NCBI GenBank assembly: GCA_004022145.1 | Contig: RCNU01000006.1 | DNA from: Paecilomyces variotii | Taxonomy: Eukaryota | Strand: one strand, 5' to 3' | Length of the DNA: 64,000 nt | Shown: piece by piece, positions 1 through 12,427 of the stretch | Numbering within the stretch: the stretch's first letter is position 1 | Layout of the letters: each line of letters opens with the position of its first letter | The notes under the pieces: model-generated | The model's database searches: none | Told to the model about the DNA's origin: nothing | Seen by the model: the letters and a program-made list of their open reading frames with translations, nothing else | Made by a program: the position numbers and the translations under genes

Positions 1-3000
1 AGGCCCCCGGGCCCTCGGAACTATCGCCCAATGCAGCAAGCCGAATATCTGAATCGCTGAGGTCGCCTCCTCCAACTGCCTTATTGCTCGCATCGTCGTC
101 GAATAGGTCTTCGTCTTCACCGTCAAAGTAGGATCCCGGAGGCGCCGCGGTCATCTGCGAAGGGCCATGAGCATCTGACGCTCGATCGAAGGACCATAAA
201 GGTTCAGTCGGGAAATTGAGGGGATTTGGGCGCATTTCGCCGCCGAAGTATTCATCTTCAAGGTCCATACCTTCCAATCGGTCTGCATGTTCGAGGCTCT
301 GTTCCCCGGATGGAAGACCGTTGAAGTATCCCGGAGGCATGTCGTCGTCGTCATCAGCCTCCACGCTCCTCACTTGGGTTACGGCTTGCGAACCACCATC
401 TCCCGCTTGGTGAGCTGCTCCGACTCCTGCTAAAGCGCTCGACGACCCATTGCGGGAGGAGCCGCCGAGCCGCCGGTCTTCCCCCGACGGCGAGGGAGCC
501 CGCGAGTCCGTCTGCGAGTCAGAGTCGGTGGCTCCGCCGCGAGTCGCGGACTCGACAATTTCCTCGAGGACCTTGCCACCCAAAGGGCGGTCGGATCGAC
601 GGCGGTAGAAGAGCAGATAGGCGGCAGAAGTTATGACCTTCTGGGGATCAATCGGCTTGGAGACATGGGAATCTAGAAGAATTAGTGCAGAGTTCAGAAA
701 AAGATGGGCCTGCAGAAGGTGAGCTAAGCATACCATTATATTCGTTCCATTCATTAGTCATGAAATTCTTCGCAAACGCGGTGTAGTGACCTCCTCCGAG
801 GCCACCGTAGTGATTGTCGACAGCAAAGAGATCGTAGATCATACTCTTTCCTTCTTCAGGAGCGGCTACACGACCGGTGAGGTCCAGTCCCTCGATTGGG
901 AAGTCGACGACCACATCAATCTTGTCTCTGAAGCCACGGTTGGCGCTGAACCTCTTGAGGTGCATGACGAGAATGTCAGGCGTCTTCCAGAGCTCGAACT
1001 TCTTGCTGGCACGGCGATGTTCCTTGCAACGGGGACAGTACCACGCGTCGTTCTCCGACAGGATTTCCTCTTTTCCGAACTCGTCCAGACACTCGTTGAG
1101 TGTGATACCCTTCTTCTTGCGCGACTGTCGTAGTTGACGCTTCTTGTAGAGTTCGGGGTCCGGAACGTGTTCGACATTGGTCCATGTCGGGGCACCGCGC
1201 AACGGGTCACGATCTTTCGGAGACGCACCAAACAAGGCATCGTGAGCCTGCTCATTCCAGTCAAGCACGATTCCTTCGCCAGGGCGGATCAACGGAAGTG
1301 ATTTGCCCTTCTTCGATTCCACGATGTTTGGTCGTCCCTTACGGCTAGGTACCCGGGTGTAGTCGTCAGATCCACTCTCAGAATCATTGTTGGACCGCGT
1401 CTCGCGGCTGTCAGAGTCATCAGACTCCTCAGCAGCCTTCTGAGAGCTGGCGTCCACTGGGACACCTTCAGAGGCGTCGGCGAGCTCATCGTCACTGCTA
1501 ACAGGGCTGTTGGTACCGTCTGGGAAATGCTTCGCCTGACCTTTACCCTCCGTTCGCTTTTCGTTGACTTTCTTGATGCGAGAAGACATTAGTGGGAAGT
1601 CCTTGTTCTCGTCCACAGAGGAGAAGCCGAGAGGGACCACCTCATTGGATCGGACAATCTTCATCTGGAAGAGGTTCCGGTGACCAGCAGGAATCGCAGT
1701 TCCTGGGCGTAGGAGGTAAGGAACTGGACTTGAGTTGCTAGAAGCCTCAGGAGCCCGATCCGCATCACGCATGGAGACGTCGACGAGACCATCCTCGCCT
1801 TCCACAGACGCGGTCTTGATCTTGGAGTCGGCAGATTGAGCGTCATCATCGTTCATAACGACGGTGTCAGAATCCTCCTGTGTGCCATCGAGTTCCCCGC
1901 CAAGATCCTCGTTCAGAAGGTCACGGGTAGTCAGGGTGTCTACTTCGGCCAAAACCTTGCGGAAGATAGCATCATAATCATAGGCCTCCTCGCGGGTGAT
2001 GATCGTGTACGAAGGAGCACCAAAGAGTTGCCGTGAGTTGGACCGAGTGTTCGGCCGCACGACACGGTTGAAGATCGGAACCAGCATCCTGTCAGCCTTG
2101 GGGGAGTCGAAGCTGGGAACCTGCTCGTGATCCATGTGGAACGACATCGAGGAGAAAGCCTTCTTTGGCTTGTCCGGATTGTAGTTGGTAGGGACAGCCT
2201 CGACTTCGAAAATTCCAATGTCATCACCGGCGCCGATCTGGTAGTCTGCAATGCTGCTATTGTTATCGAACATCTTGTAGAACTTGGACTTGTAGACTTC
2301 GGCCATGATCAGCTTCTGGGGATCAGAACCCATCTTCTTAGCCACCATCTCCTTCAGTGCCTTGATGCTGGAATTCTTGTCGATCTCAACATCGACGAGA
2401 ACGGGGCGCTTGTGAAGAGGGAAATAGAATATTTCCTTGCTCCAAAGGTTCTCGATCGGGAGCTGCAGTGTCAGGTTGTTGAACGGATCGAAAATGATGC
2501 TGACCTTGTCACACTCCGGACAGTGAAGGGTGGACTTGTACATGCCAGCGAAGAGATCGGTGATGACAGAGTCATTGCGAGCTTTGTAGATATCCCAACA
2601 CTTATCTGCAAACCCCTTCAGTGCAGAGAAGTCATGAACCATTTCATCGGTCGAATCCGGCTTCTCAATGTATGGTTTCTTTTGAATCCTGTTCAGATCT
2701 TCTTGCAAACCATCTAGAAGGAAAAGCAGAAACTCTTGGGAATCCTGTTGACCATAACCGGAAAAGGCAGGGCCATATCGGCCAACGGTGTGCTTCAGCT
2801 GTCTGGGAGCAAAAGACGAAGGACCGGCTTCGTCATAGATCATATGCAGCAGATGCGCATAGGCCTTTGCAATGTCACCATTGTGAGCCAACGGATTACT
2901 AGGATTAAGATCACGCTTGTAAAAATCATCTGTAGTCGTATGTTAGCAACGAGCGGGGCCATCCTTTTCAAGGGACACGGGTCCACGAACTTAGGAAATA

Positions 3001-4497
3001 GTAGGTCAACTCCTCAACACTCCGCACGCACTGCAATGCGGAGTTCATGTAGCATGTGTTTCCCAAATTGCTCAGACCAGTAGCACCTCTTGGCTTTCCA
3101 TCTTTCCGCCTTCCTCTCGTGGGCTCCGGCGCAGGTGACGAACGCCCACTCGTCGGCGTGCTCTTGGCCTTGACCTTTTGATTGGCATTCTTGTTGTTGT
3201 TTGCGGTGAGGCCTAGGCGGTTCAAAGTCTGCTTGGAGACATCCGAAACCCATTCGCCGCCTGCCGGTCCTCCGATTTGTTCTTCCAACACAACCACTTC
3301 GTTTCCTGCAAGACCGGCAAGCTCTATTGTCATCTTGCCGTTATATTTCTCGTTGGCTGTCTGATCACGAGCATCCTCCAGGAGCTCGCGTTGGGACCCT
3401 TCAGTGAGGGAAACAAAGGTGTTCACGTCCAACGAGAAGTTATTGCCAGCACTGGCGGCCAACACTGCCCCTGGTGCAGGAGATGCGCTCCGAGAAGCCG
3501 CTGGGGTGACCATACCGGAGGTGTTGGATCCGCCCAGACCACCCAGAATCCTCCAGACTCGAACCTTGGTCGTGATGTCAATGTTGGCTAGACCCTTCAC
3601 CTGCTTCAGCCACTTCTGGAAGTTGGTGTGTCTGCTGGCCAGTGTCTTGATGGGTGCCATGTTCTTCTCCTTCAAAGTCTGGGGAGTTGTGCCACTGGCC
3701 GGGTTGGCCAACTTCAGGATCGTAAAGATTGGAGGGTTGATCTCGTACTGGATATTCTCCTCTCCACCGGCGGAGTTGGTGTTGTGGGCGTATCGAACAA
3801 TCGCTGGCGATCGTTCCGATAGCCCGTACCACTTCATGATGCGGTCCCACGCCTCCTGCGGCACAATCTCATAATCTTCACCTAGCTGCAGTCCCGGCCG
3901 CAGAGGTACGAAAGGCTCTCCTGCTTCATCCTTGAACGTCGCGGCGGGATCGGTGATAAGAACCAGGTCAGAGTTATCGACGGGCCCAATCTCGCCCTCC
4001 GTAGCAGCTTTATCACCGATCTGCTCATTCGAGGAGGCCCTCGACATGACCTTGTTCAACCACTTGGCGGATATCACATAACCCTTCTGTTTCTCCTTCA
4101 GCGGCGCTGCTACCAGTCTTGTCACCTCTGCAACCTGTTCATCGATGGAAGGCACTTCGGCAGCCTCCTGGGATTTCGCGCTGCTCTCCTTGGACGTCGC
4201 ACTGGCCGTGTAGGTGGACATACTGGAAGGAGTCGGATAGAGGTTGTCCTTCCGGCCATCGTTTCCAGATCCCTCCGTAGTTTCCTGATCGATCATGTCA
4301 ACTGAAGTCGCTCGTCGGTGGCCTGGTCGTTCATTCGATTGAGATTCCGACGGGTCCACGTCCATCTCGACGTCCTGTGACCGCCGCTCTTCGTCGCCTA
4401 TCTGGGACGCCGGGCGCTTGACGGCCGGCGACGACGATCGCATCTCACGTCTGCCCTGCTGCGAACCCTCGCCCTGGGATCCTTCTGAACCAGACAT
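1..4497 (-). CDS. UBP12: Ubiquitin carboxyl-terminal hydrolase (USP4/15-like, DUSP plus split catalytic domain); 3' end runs off the window
   Basis: Cys box GLSNLGNTCYMNSALQC, QQDSQEFL, His box NHYGGLGGGHYTA and final-exon AYLLFYRRR. Introns 2930-2990 and 673-733 join the ORFs in frame. First in-frame ATG at 4497, but the frame is open to at least 4914. Confidence 0.9.
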
Positions 4498-5234
4498 CTC
4501 CGTCACAGGGTCACTATTCAGGCTGAGTCCGGCGCACGCTGCAGATGGAGAATCAGCGTTGTAGGGTTCCGGTGTCGGTGAACGGGGACCAGTCTTGGAT
4601 CGGGTGCCCAGCACTTCGTCCTGCAGATGAGCGGGTATATATCGCGGAGACGGTGACGCAGAGGAATTCGGACTCAGATTCGATTCCGACGTAGACGACA
4701 GAGGTGGTGGCAGTGGCAAGGATGAAGAGTCGGCACTAGGACTGTGAGGTTGGTGGCCGTGACGTCTTCCGGCGGAGTCTGCGTGCCTGGCGCGCGAGGC
4801 AAAGGACGCAGCTGGATGGGCTCCTGGTCGGCGAGGCTCTGCAACCTTGCGTCGCTTTGTGGAAGACGTGATGGCTGTGAGCTGCGCACGTCTCGTGGCA
4901 GCTCGGGGCAACACGCTGGAGACAGGTGAGGAGAGAAAAGAACCGGAAAAATATGGAGGTGATGGGCTGGTAGGACGACAGGAAGCGAAGGGGGCGACCA
5001 GAATGGTTGAAGGGGGGAAAGGAAAGAAAAAAACAAAAAAAGAAAAAAGACGTGCAGAAAAGACAGGGCCAAGCAGGGTCTGTCAATGATATTCCGGAAC
5101 AAAGACTGGACGATTTCAGCACGAGAGTTCAAGTGGTGGCTCTGGAGGTGGGGAGAAAAAGCGAATACTTAGCGGCTACTTAGTTGGCGGCGTGGATAAA
5201 CGACGGAAATTGGTTAGTTAACTGCATCTCTCTC

Positions 5235-5290
5235 TTATTATTATTGCACCATGTATATAGTCAATTATTATTATTATTATTATTATAATA
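5235..5290. repeat. (TTA)n microsatellite / AT-rich intergenic tract
   Basis: Runs of ttattattatt visible directly. Confidence 0.7.
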
Positions 5291-5417
5291 TATCTAGCAA
5301 AGGAATACCAGAACATATCTCTTGTTTCTGCACATGCATCTCCTTAAACTAAGCAAACCCTCCTCTAAATCCCCACAGCCACAATCGACGTCCTCATACC
5401 AGGATAGTTCTTTGATA

Positions 5418-6293
5418 TTAAAACAAAACTTTCCTAGCAGCATTAATCCCACTAAGATCCCATCTCTGCGGTGCAGTTCGATCCATCCATATTTTCCAAT
5501 CACCCCGGAAAGCAGGCCTCAGAATCTGTGCATACTCCCAATAATCCGGATACCATCCCGCATGTTCCCAGTCGAGAATGCCTGTGACCCTGTTCTGCTC
5601 GTCAACCATAATATTGCGAGGTGCAATATCAGCATGCGTAAACACTGAACAGCTAGACCGCGGCAGCATGTTAGGCAATTCATGTTCATATCGACGACCT
5701 GCGAAATGGTAATAGCGCTCGAAGATGCGAGCTCGCAAATCTGAATCATTCGTCAAGGGTCGGGCCGGATCTTTTAGATCCTCAAGCAATGGGTCTCTTG
5801 TTAGAGAGCCATCGGCAGCACATTGAAAAAGACCATTAAGCTCTGGTGGACGTGGGATGGCTCGTATCTTGGAAATCATATCCCAGACTTGAAGACAAAT
5901 ATACTCTTTGGTCTTTCCATCCAGCGTATCCCATATCTTTTCTAGAGAAGACCCTGGAATAAGAGACATCACGATCCTCCCCCAGTCAGGATCGAAAATT
6001 GCGAAAAATACTTCAGGCACAGGAACGGAGGTGTGCTTAGATACAAGTCTCATAGCTTCAGCCTCAGCAGGTCGCACTCGTTCCCCGGATTTGGTGACAT
6101 AGGTGGAGTCATGCTCAACTACTATGCCGCCCGTCTGTTTGCTAAGAACGGTGATGACCTCTTGATCTGGCCGTAGGTTCGAGATATCCGTGGATGAAGG
6201 ACATGGGAACAAGGTTGTGCCTGATTTGATGTATCGATTCCCTTCTCGCATATTTCGTATATGGAAAGGAACACCACCAGAAGAATCTGTCAT
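5418..6293 (-). CDS. Aminoglycoside phosphotransferase / choline kinase-like (APH family) protein, intronless
   Basis: EAEAMRLV..HTSVPVPEV, Brenner-type HADIAPRNIMV, ILDWEHAGWYPDYWEY; first ATG at 6293. Confidence 0.85.
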   Translation of the reverse strand: MTDSSGGVPFHIRNMREGNRYIKSGTTLFPCPSSTDISNLRPDQEVITVLSKQTGGIVVEHDSTYVTKSGERVRPAEAEAMRLVSKHTSVPVPEVFFAIFDPDWGRIVMSLIPGSSLEKIWDTLDGKTKEYICLQVWDMISKIRAIPRPPELNGLFQCAADGSLTRDPLLEDLKDPARPLTNDSDLRARIFERYYHFAGRRYEHELPNMLPRSSCSVFTHADIAPRNIMVDEQNRVTGILDWEHAGWYPDYWEYAQILRPAFRGDWKIWMDRTAPQRWDLSGINAARKVLF

Positions 6294-6604
6294 ACTGAGA
6301 AGAACGTTTGAGACGTTAGCAATAATCACTTAGTTTTCTGGCGACACTCCTAGTATAAAAGAGAAGATGACAGAACTCGGGGTATTAACGCCCACCTAAT
6401 TTCACGTAATATCACGTGACCCTGTAATATCTGAGATATCCTGAGGCTACCCTCGATATGTGACTTGCAAGTCGTCGATAAAGTGGTATGGTATTCGTCT
6501 TTAACTAGGTAGGCTTTGTCTGCAATAGGATTTGACAAAGTCTGTGAACCTCTGTTGTCGACGCCCCCATCAGTCGCTCCTGCTAGCCATTACTTAGAGG
6601 TCGC

Positions 6605-6727
6605 TTCACCACTGGCAACATTAAAGATTCAATTCACTGCTCGCCCTTGAGTTCCATTAGAGGTTTGGAAAATCTCAATACCTCAGCCACGGAAGTCCTA
6701 GGAGTAATATCATGCCATATACTGTTA
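6605..6727 (+). repeat. 123-bp direct repeat, copy 1 (copy 2 at 9764-9886)
   Basis: Ungapped manual alignment, 15 mismatches in 123 bp; shared core GAAGTCCTAGGAGTAATATCATGCCATATAC. Confidence 0.9.
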
Positions 6728-7738
6728 AAAGCAAATCTCAAGAACAAGCACACCCCCACGCCAGTTCGAAGTGAAACACTACAATCATAAGATACTTACT
6801 GTATACAATTGGTTTCAGAGCTTTCCAACCCAGGTCAGCTTTTCCGGACCATCTGCGCATATATGGAACAACGTGGTTGCCTCCAAGCTTATAATCCTCT
6901 GTACGAAGCTTTGGAATTTCGAGCGTTGTATATTTTATGGCCAAAGCTCTGCGGGGCCTACGATATAATATTTAGTGCAGATATGTATTCTTTGGAAAAA
7001 GTACTCTGCTACGGTAATCAGTAGTACTTATTTCCCGATCATAGATTTACTTATCAAGCGGAAAATGCTTCAATCGATAAGTTCGTAAGTCCCGCTGTAT
7101 ACTATAAGGCTCAATTGACTACTACTCCACCAGCCCGAAAAGTACCAAACCCTCTCTAGGAGAATGATGCTGCAGCCAAGTCTGTCTTCTATCACTAGAC
7201 AAGCTTCAGTGGACAGCAATCGGCGGCTCAAGTCTCATCCTCTCCATTATTAGAGAGCCCAGAAGTGCCAATATGGACGTATTCGCTCTATTATGAAATC
7301 AGTATCGCGTCAGAGCCGAAAATATTAGCAAGAGATATATTCAAATACAGGCTACTGCTATAGTCCGCAAAGGAATCATATCACCTGCGGATATGATAGG
7401 TACAGTTTGCATCAGACATCGTTGATCAATAATAGATCAGAAGATTTCTGACCAGCTCACTTGATGAGATGTACTTACAACTTTCCTCGGATGCTATCTC
7501 GTCTCAGCTTTACTTGTTTCAACCTTCCCTTTCTCAAGTTTAGTCTTTTCTACTACAGTCGTCACAGCTTCCTCTCACCTCCCTCTCCTAGAGCTAGCTC
7601 CGATAATGACAACAGACTACTACGCAAACATCACCTATAGTTCGTAGATACAATAACTCTCTTCTATCTTCTTTCCTCATACTATCTTCGTTTTAATGAT
7701 CAATTCAGATTGACTGTAAACATCAACATAAGAAAGAA

Positions 7739-9631
7739 ATGACCTCCACCACAACCGAAACGACTTACCAGCCCACAATGCCATACTCCCAGGAACGTCT
7801 GGAACTGGCGCTGGGTCTCTTCTGTCGCATGAGACCTCATCTCAAACGAAGAGGCCTGCCGCATGAACACCTCGAGCAGAATCTCAAATCCAAATATGAA
7901 CTGCGCTGGGGAACTTTAGAAAGCGCGAAAAAGGCCCCATCGACGTGGATCGATGATGATGATAGCGCGGACTACGATCCGAAACAGGATATTCCGAAAA
8001 GAAAGTTCTCCAAGGCTCGTGTCGGTCAGAAGGTTGGTGCAGAGAGGCCGGCGAAGAGGCAGCGACGGCTGTCCATGTCGGAAGAAGATGAGGAAGAAAA
8101 GGAAGACGACGACGATGACGAACCTGGGTTGCTCGTTACTTTAAAGACCACGTCGGAAAGAGGTAGAGCATTCTTATCCTGCCTGCGAGACCGTAGCAGC
8201 GACGAGTATGAAGGAAACATCTATGAAGATGCAGCACCCGGGTTATGCAACAAAAGATATCCTCTGAGGAGCCGTGGGAAGAGCATAAGCTCTCTACTTG
8301 CACTGTTCGATCCTCAGCCATCTCAGGAAGATTCGCAAGCCTCGACGAAAAGCCTTCTCAGCCTAGACCTCGGCCATCCAGCAGCGAGAGGGTGTAAATC
8401 CTGCTGGGAATTCAACCAGGACTGTTCCCTTGTCGATAATCCTGCACTCTACCCCTGTCAGATATGTCGGGAGGACGGCCTTGACTGCGAACTGATCATA
8501 CAACCAAGACGAAAGCGTGGATGCGAGAATTGCAAAAAGAAAAGGAAAGTCGTTTGTTCGTATCTCCAGAGCAATAATGCAAGCCATCATTTGCCGTGTA
8601 CACAGTGTCAAACTGCAGGGATTCGATGCTGCGCTGGGCCTGCTAAGGAGAGGCAAATGCGAGTAACGGGTGAGCACGAGACGCAAGATGATGACATTGG
8701 CGATAATTTTGTTCATCTTGTTTGTCCTCCGCAGCAGGGACAGACAGAAACCATGCAGCCTTTGCCAACGCCAGAGAGTCTGCGGCGTTGCAGTGTCGAT
8801 GATTCGAACTTTGATACCGGTGCTACAGCAGTCTGTCAAGATAGTCAACCAGAACCCGAAGAAGAAGAAGATAAACACGGCGAGACACTTCTCAAACCGT
8901 CCCTGGTGATCCCCAAATCCGTGCCATGCGAGCCTCAATCCAGGGGAAATGGCCTAGTCAGAAATGGGCCTGCGCCCATTACTCGCGTGATAACCACCTC
9001 ATTCGCTCACCCCATCAACTTCTCTTATGAACCCCCTGCAGACGGTACCAAGCCTTGTCACTGGTGCCATGACTTCCGGTACGGCATCATCGGTATAGGG
9101 ACACTCAACGTCGAAATCATAGACTACCATGATGGCAACGGATATATCGAGATCGAAGGCGGACATGTAGGTCAGGGTCATGAACCAAGTCGGATGTGCA
9201 TAATCTGTGCCTTGGAGAGACTGCACATTATGAACTGCCGCAATCACACCATCTCTCCCTTGGAAGGTCACAACGAGGAAACGTTCGATTATGATGCGGC
9301 CTATGAGAGTTTATTGCAAGAGCCGGGGGAGGATAGAGACGTCAAGACGCTTGCACTATGGTGTATGCTCTGCCCTCGTCCAGCGTTCTTTGGGTGTGTG
9401 ACGGTTCAGTCAGTGGATAAGTTTCAGGAACCTGTTGACCCGTCAGATCCGGCAGCGAAAGGTTGTGGACTGCTTTTATGCTCGGACTGCGCTAGACTGT
9501 GCAAAGAATTCGGGGCTGACCTGGAGCGGGTGGTTAGTGAGAATAGGAAAAGTCTGGGGGAAGATGGTGTGCGAGCGGATGCAGTCTATTTGCTTCCCGA
9601 GAACGATCTTTGGAAGACATACAGTGGTTGA
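7739..9631 (+). CDS. Cysteine-rich protein with two tandem Zn(II)2Cys6-like clusters and additional C-terminal CxxC motifs; putative nuclear regulator
   Basis: 630-aa single-exon ORF. C-x2-C-x6-C-x10-C-x2-C-x6-C and C-x2-C-x7-C-x13-C-x2-C-x6-C, basic NLS-like PAKRQRR, acidic tracts. Confidence 0.75.
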   Translation: MTSTTTETTYQPTMPYSQERLELALGLFCRMRPHLKRRGLPHEHLEQNLKSKYELRWGTLESAKKAPSTWIDDDDSADYDPKQDIPKRKFSKARVGQKVGAERPAKRQRRLSMSEEDEEEKEDDDDDEPGLLVTLKTTSERGRAFLSCLRDRSSDEYEGNIYEDAAPGLCNKRYPLRSRGKSISSLLALFDPQPSQEDSQASTKSLLSLDLGHPAARGCKSCWEFNQDCSLVDNPALYPCQICREDGLDCELIIQPRRKRGCENCKKKRKVVCSYLQSNNASHHLPCTQCQTAGIRCCAGPAKERQMRVTGEHETQDDDIGDNFVHLVCPPQQGQTETMQPLPTPESLRRCSVDDSNFDTGATAVCQDSQPEPEEEEDKHGETLLKPSLVIPKSVPCEPQSRGNGLVRNGPAPITRVITTSFAHPINFSYEPPADGTKPCHWCHDFRYGIIGIGTLNVEIIDYHDGNGYIEIEGGHVGQGHEPSRMCIICALERLHIMNCRNHTISPLEGHNEETFDYDAAYESLLQEPGEDRDVKTLALWCMLCPRPAFFGCVTVQSVDKFQEPVDPSDPAAKGCGLLLCSDCARLCKEFGADLERVVSENRKSLGEDGVRADAVYLLPENDLWKTYSG

Positions 9632-9763
9632 AATAGGCAGAAAAAGAATGATTTCGAAATACATGTGTTTAGCGTTGTCATCTAGACAGAAGCGAGGGAG
9701 GATGTTGTCATTTCGCAGTGGTCCGGTGGGGAACAATATCTCATTTAGAGCAATCGATTATAA

Positions 9764-9886
9764 TTCACCGCTGGGATCATTAAAGATCCAATTCATCGCT
9801 CGTCCTTGAGCACCATTAGAGGTTTTGAAAATACCAATATCTCAGCCACAGAAGTCCTAGGAGTAATATCATGCCATATACAGTTA
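9764..9886 (+). repeat. 123-bp direct repeat, copy 2
   Basis: Aligns without gaps to 6605-6727. Confidence 0.9.
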
Positions 9887-10223
9887 TTATGAGATAAACG
9901 CAGCATATCTATTCGGGTTCTGCCCCGAGACAGCCAAGCTTTGGCTGAGGTCACCGCATGACCCAGACCAGCAGACCCTTGATCGCTCAATACTACTGCT
10001 TGGACAGCAAAGCATACACAATTCTTTCGTTAAATATTCATGACTGAAAAGCACGACTGTGACATTCATACACGTTGCACGTCTAACAGCTGGGTCTCGT
10101 GGGAGGAAATAATGGAAGGAAATCGGGACACGAAAAAGCATGCACGTCGAGCAAGAGGGACAACAGGTGAGATACACGACCACCTCTTCCTATGATTTTT
10201 GACTAAGTTTCATGCGACCCTTC

Positions 10224-12427
10224 CTAACGCGCCACAATCTTGTCCACCTCGTCCTTTGCTTCGGTCCAGGTCTCCAGGTTCTTTCGGGCCCAGTCAAGAT
10301 GGCAGCGAGCGTAGGCCACCTGCATGGTGTTAGTCACGTCAGTATTTCAGTGGTTGCGAATAAGAATGAACGTACCATGTAGCGTCGAAGATCTTCCTCC
10401 TTTTCACGCTGGAATCTCTTCAAGTCTGCTAGAACGCCGGCACTGGCGTCCTTGACATCCTTCTCGGACACCTCAAGGGCTTGCTCCAGCTATGGCCGGT
10501 GTCAGTACTGATCCTTGACAGAAAGAGGGTACTGCGATGCTATTTACCTGTAAAAGACTCTCTTTGGTCTTTCCAATCTGGTCCCGCCGTGTCCTTTCGG
10601 GGTCAACATCAACAAAACCATGGACGGCATGACTAATTCTACCAAAGATCTTGTTTGTCACAAAGTTACCGCTGGGACTCTTCCGATGGACAGGAGTGGG
10701 TATTGGGGCCGGCTCAGCAGAGCCCTGCGACGCCGAAGGATGCGAGGTGACAGTCTCGCCATGTGTGGGTGGGAAGTCGGAGTCGATAGAGGCGGTGTCT
10801 TCTGCGCTGCTTGGGCGAACCTCGGCCGGGTCTGTGGTACTACTAACTGCAGACGAAGTAGACAGCGAACGCCTTGGCTTTGTCGCCAGAGATGGAGACG
10901 ACGCATTCTGGAGATATTGTTCGATCCGCTTGGCCTCAAGCTCGCTCCTCTCCAAGGAGTCTAACAGCGTCTTCTTCTTGGCAAGCTCGTCTCTGGTCAT
11001 CTCTTCTTGCACACGTTTGAGTACGCGGTAGCGCAGTACGCTACGCACCACACTGGCAAACTGTGCACTCTCCCTCATTGGCTCTGCAAAGCTTGCACTT
11101 AGTGAATTCGACAGTTCCTCGGTAGCAATGTACGATGTGTCTGCCGCTTGGCCAATCCTCTCTATGGCAGCTGCCACCGTTGGCGACTGTTCTGACAAGG
11201 AGAAACCGTTGTAACGCGCACCCAGTTCCATCAGGTCGCTCGACAAGGACGACAGATGAGCCAAGGTCCGACGATTGACTTTCTCAATGTTTCCTTGTAA
11301 CAGCAACTCCAGTTCTCGCGTCGATGCCTCGAAGTTGATAAAGTACGGATCGAGGTCTTTCTCGCTCAGGGTGCGCGAACTCGGTGGGAAACGTCCTAGG
11401 ACCTGAGGACCAGGAGTTGTGTGAGCGGCTGTGGATGGCGTTGCTGCGAACTCTGATGGTGAGGTTGGAATCCCTGTCCCTGTTGTTCCGGAAGTAGACT
11501 TCAGCTTCGCAGACGATGATGGGACTGGCAGCCAGGCATGCGCAGGAGTTGGGTTTGCGGGATCGAGAGGTGGTGCTTTCAGATTGTTCTTCGGCACAGA
11601 GGCCGCAGGATGAGAATGGAGAACTTCGCTCTAGATATCGATTTAGTCAGAGAAGATCGTGTATCTCGGGCCATGTGTATACCTACCCAGCTAGCATTTG
11701 GATCCAAGAACCTCCAAAAGACCCCATCTTCTCGTACCTCCTTCATCTTGCGGCATCGATTGAGGAAGACCGCCAACATGCGCTTGCGTAGATCAATGAT
11801 AGCGGCATCTTCCTTTGCTTTTGTTGGCTTCGCCGCATAGTCTGCCATGGTATGCTTCTCTGGGATCGGTGGCATCACCAACGTAGGGTGGAGGTTGACC
11901 AGTGTCTGGCGCAGAGATGCGAATTCCGAATATCGTCGTCGCACTTCAAGATCCTACCCCGCTATCAGAATTGTCACGACAAAACACACGTCGCAGTACG
12001 TACTCCCGTCCGGATAGTATAGACGATAAAGCTCCCCCCGCCTTCATGGTTCTTCCCTGCATCCGTGATAAGGATAGGCAAATCGGGGTTCTCGTATAGT
12101 ATCTGCTCCACGCGACTATCGTATACGTTCTTCTTGCGGTATCCCTGGTCTTCGTGTATGTCATAATCTCCCTCTCCTTCCCCTTCGCTCACATCTTCCT
12201 GTCTGGTTATGTAGTCGGGCGGTTCCTGGGTCGATGAGTGGGATGAAGGCGGTGTCGATCCGGGTTCGTAAGTGCCTAAGGTCGAGTGAGTCGAGTGGGA
12301 GGGGTAGCAATCAACGATGAGATAGAAGCTCACCTGGCGAAAACGCAGCCGAGTGCAAGGAATCTGACAGATGGGGTTCCTGGCGATCGAATGCGCCGTA
12401 TGGGTTGTTATCCTCGTCGTTCCACAT
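10224..12427 (-). CDS. ATG20: PX-BAR sorting nexin, Atg20/Snx41 family, multi-exon
   Basis: Starts MWNDEDNNPYGAF. PX motifs RRRYSEFASLR, PPIPEKH, RKRMLAVFLNR and a coiled-coil BAR region; last exon ends DKIVAR*. Atg20 versus Snx41 naming cannot be resolved by eye. Confidence 0.85.
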
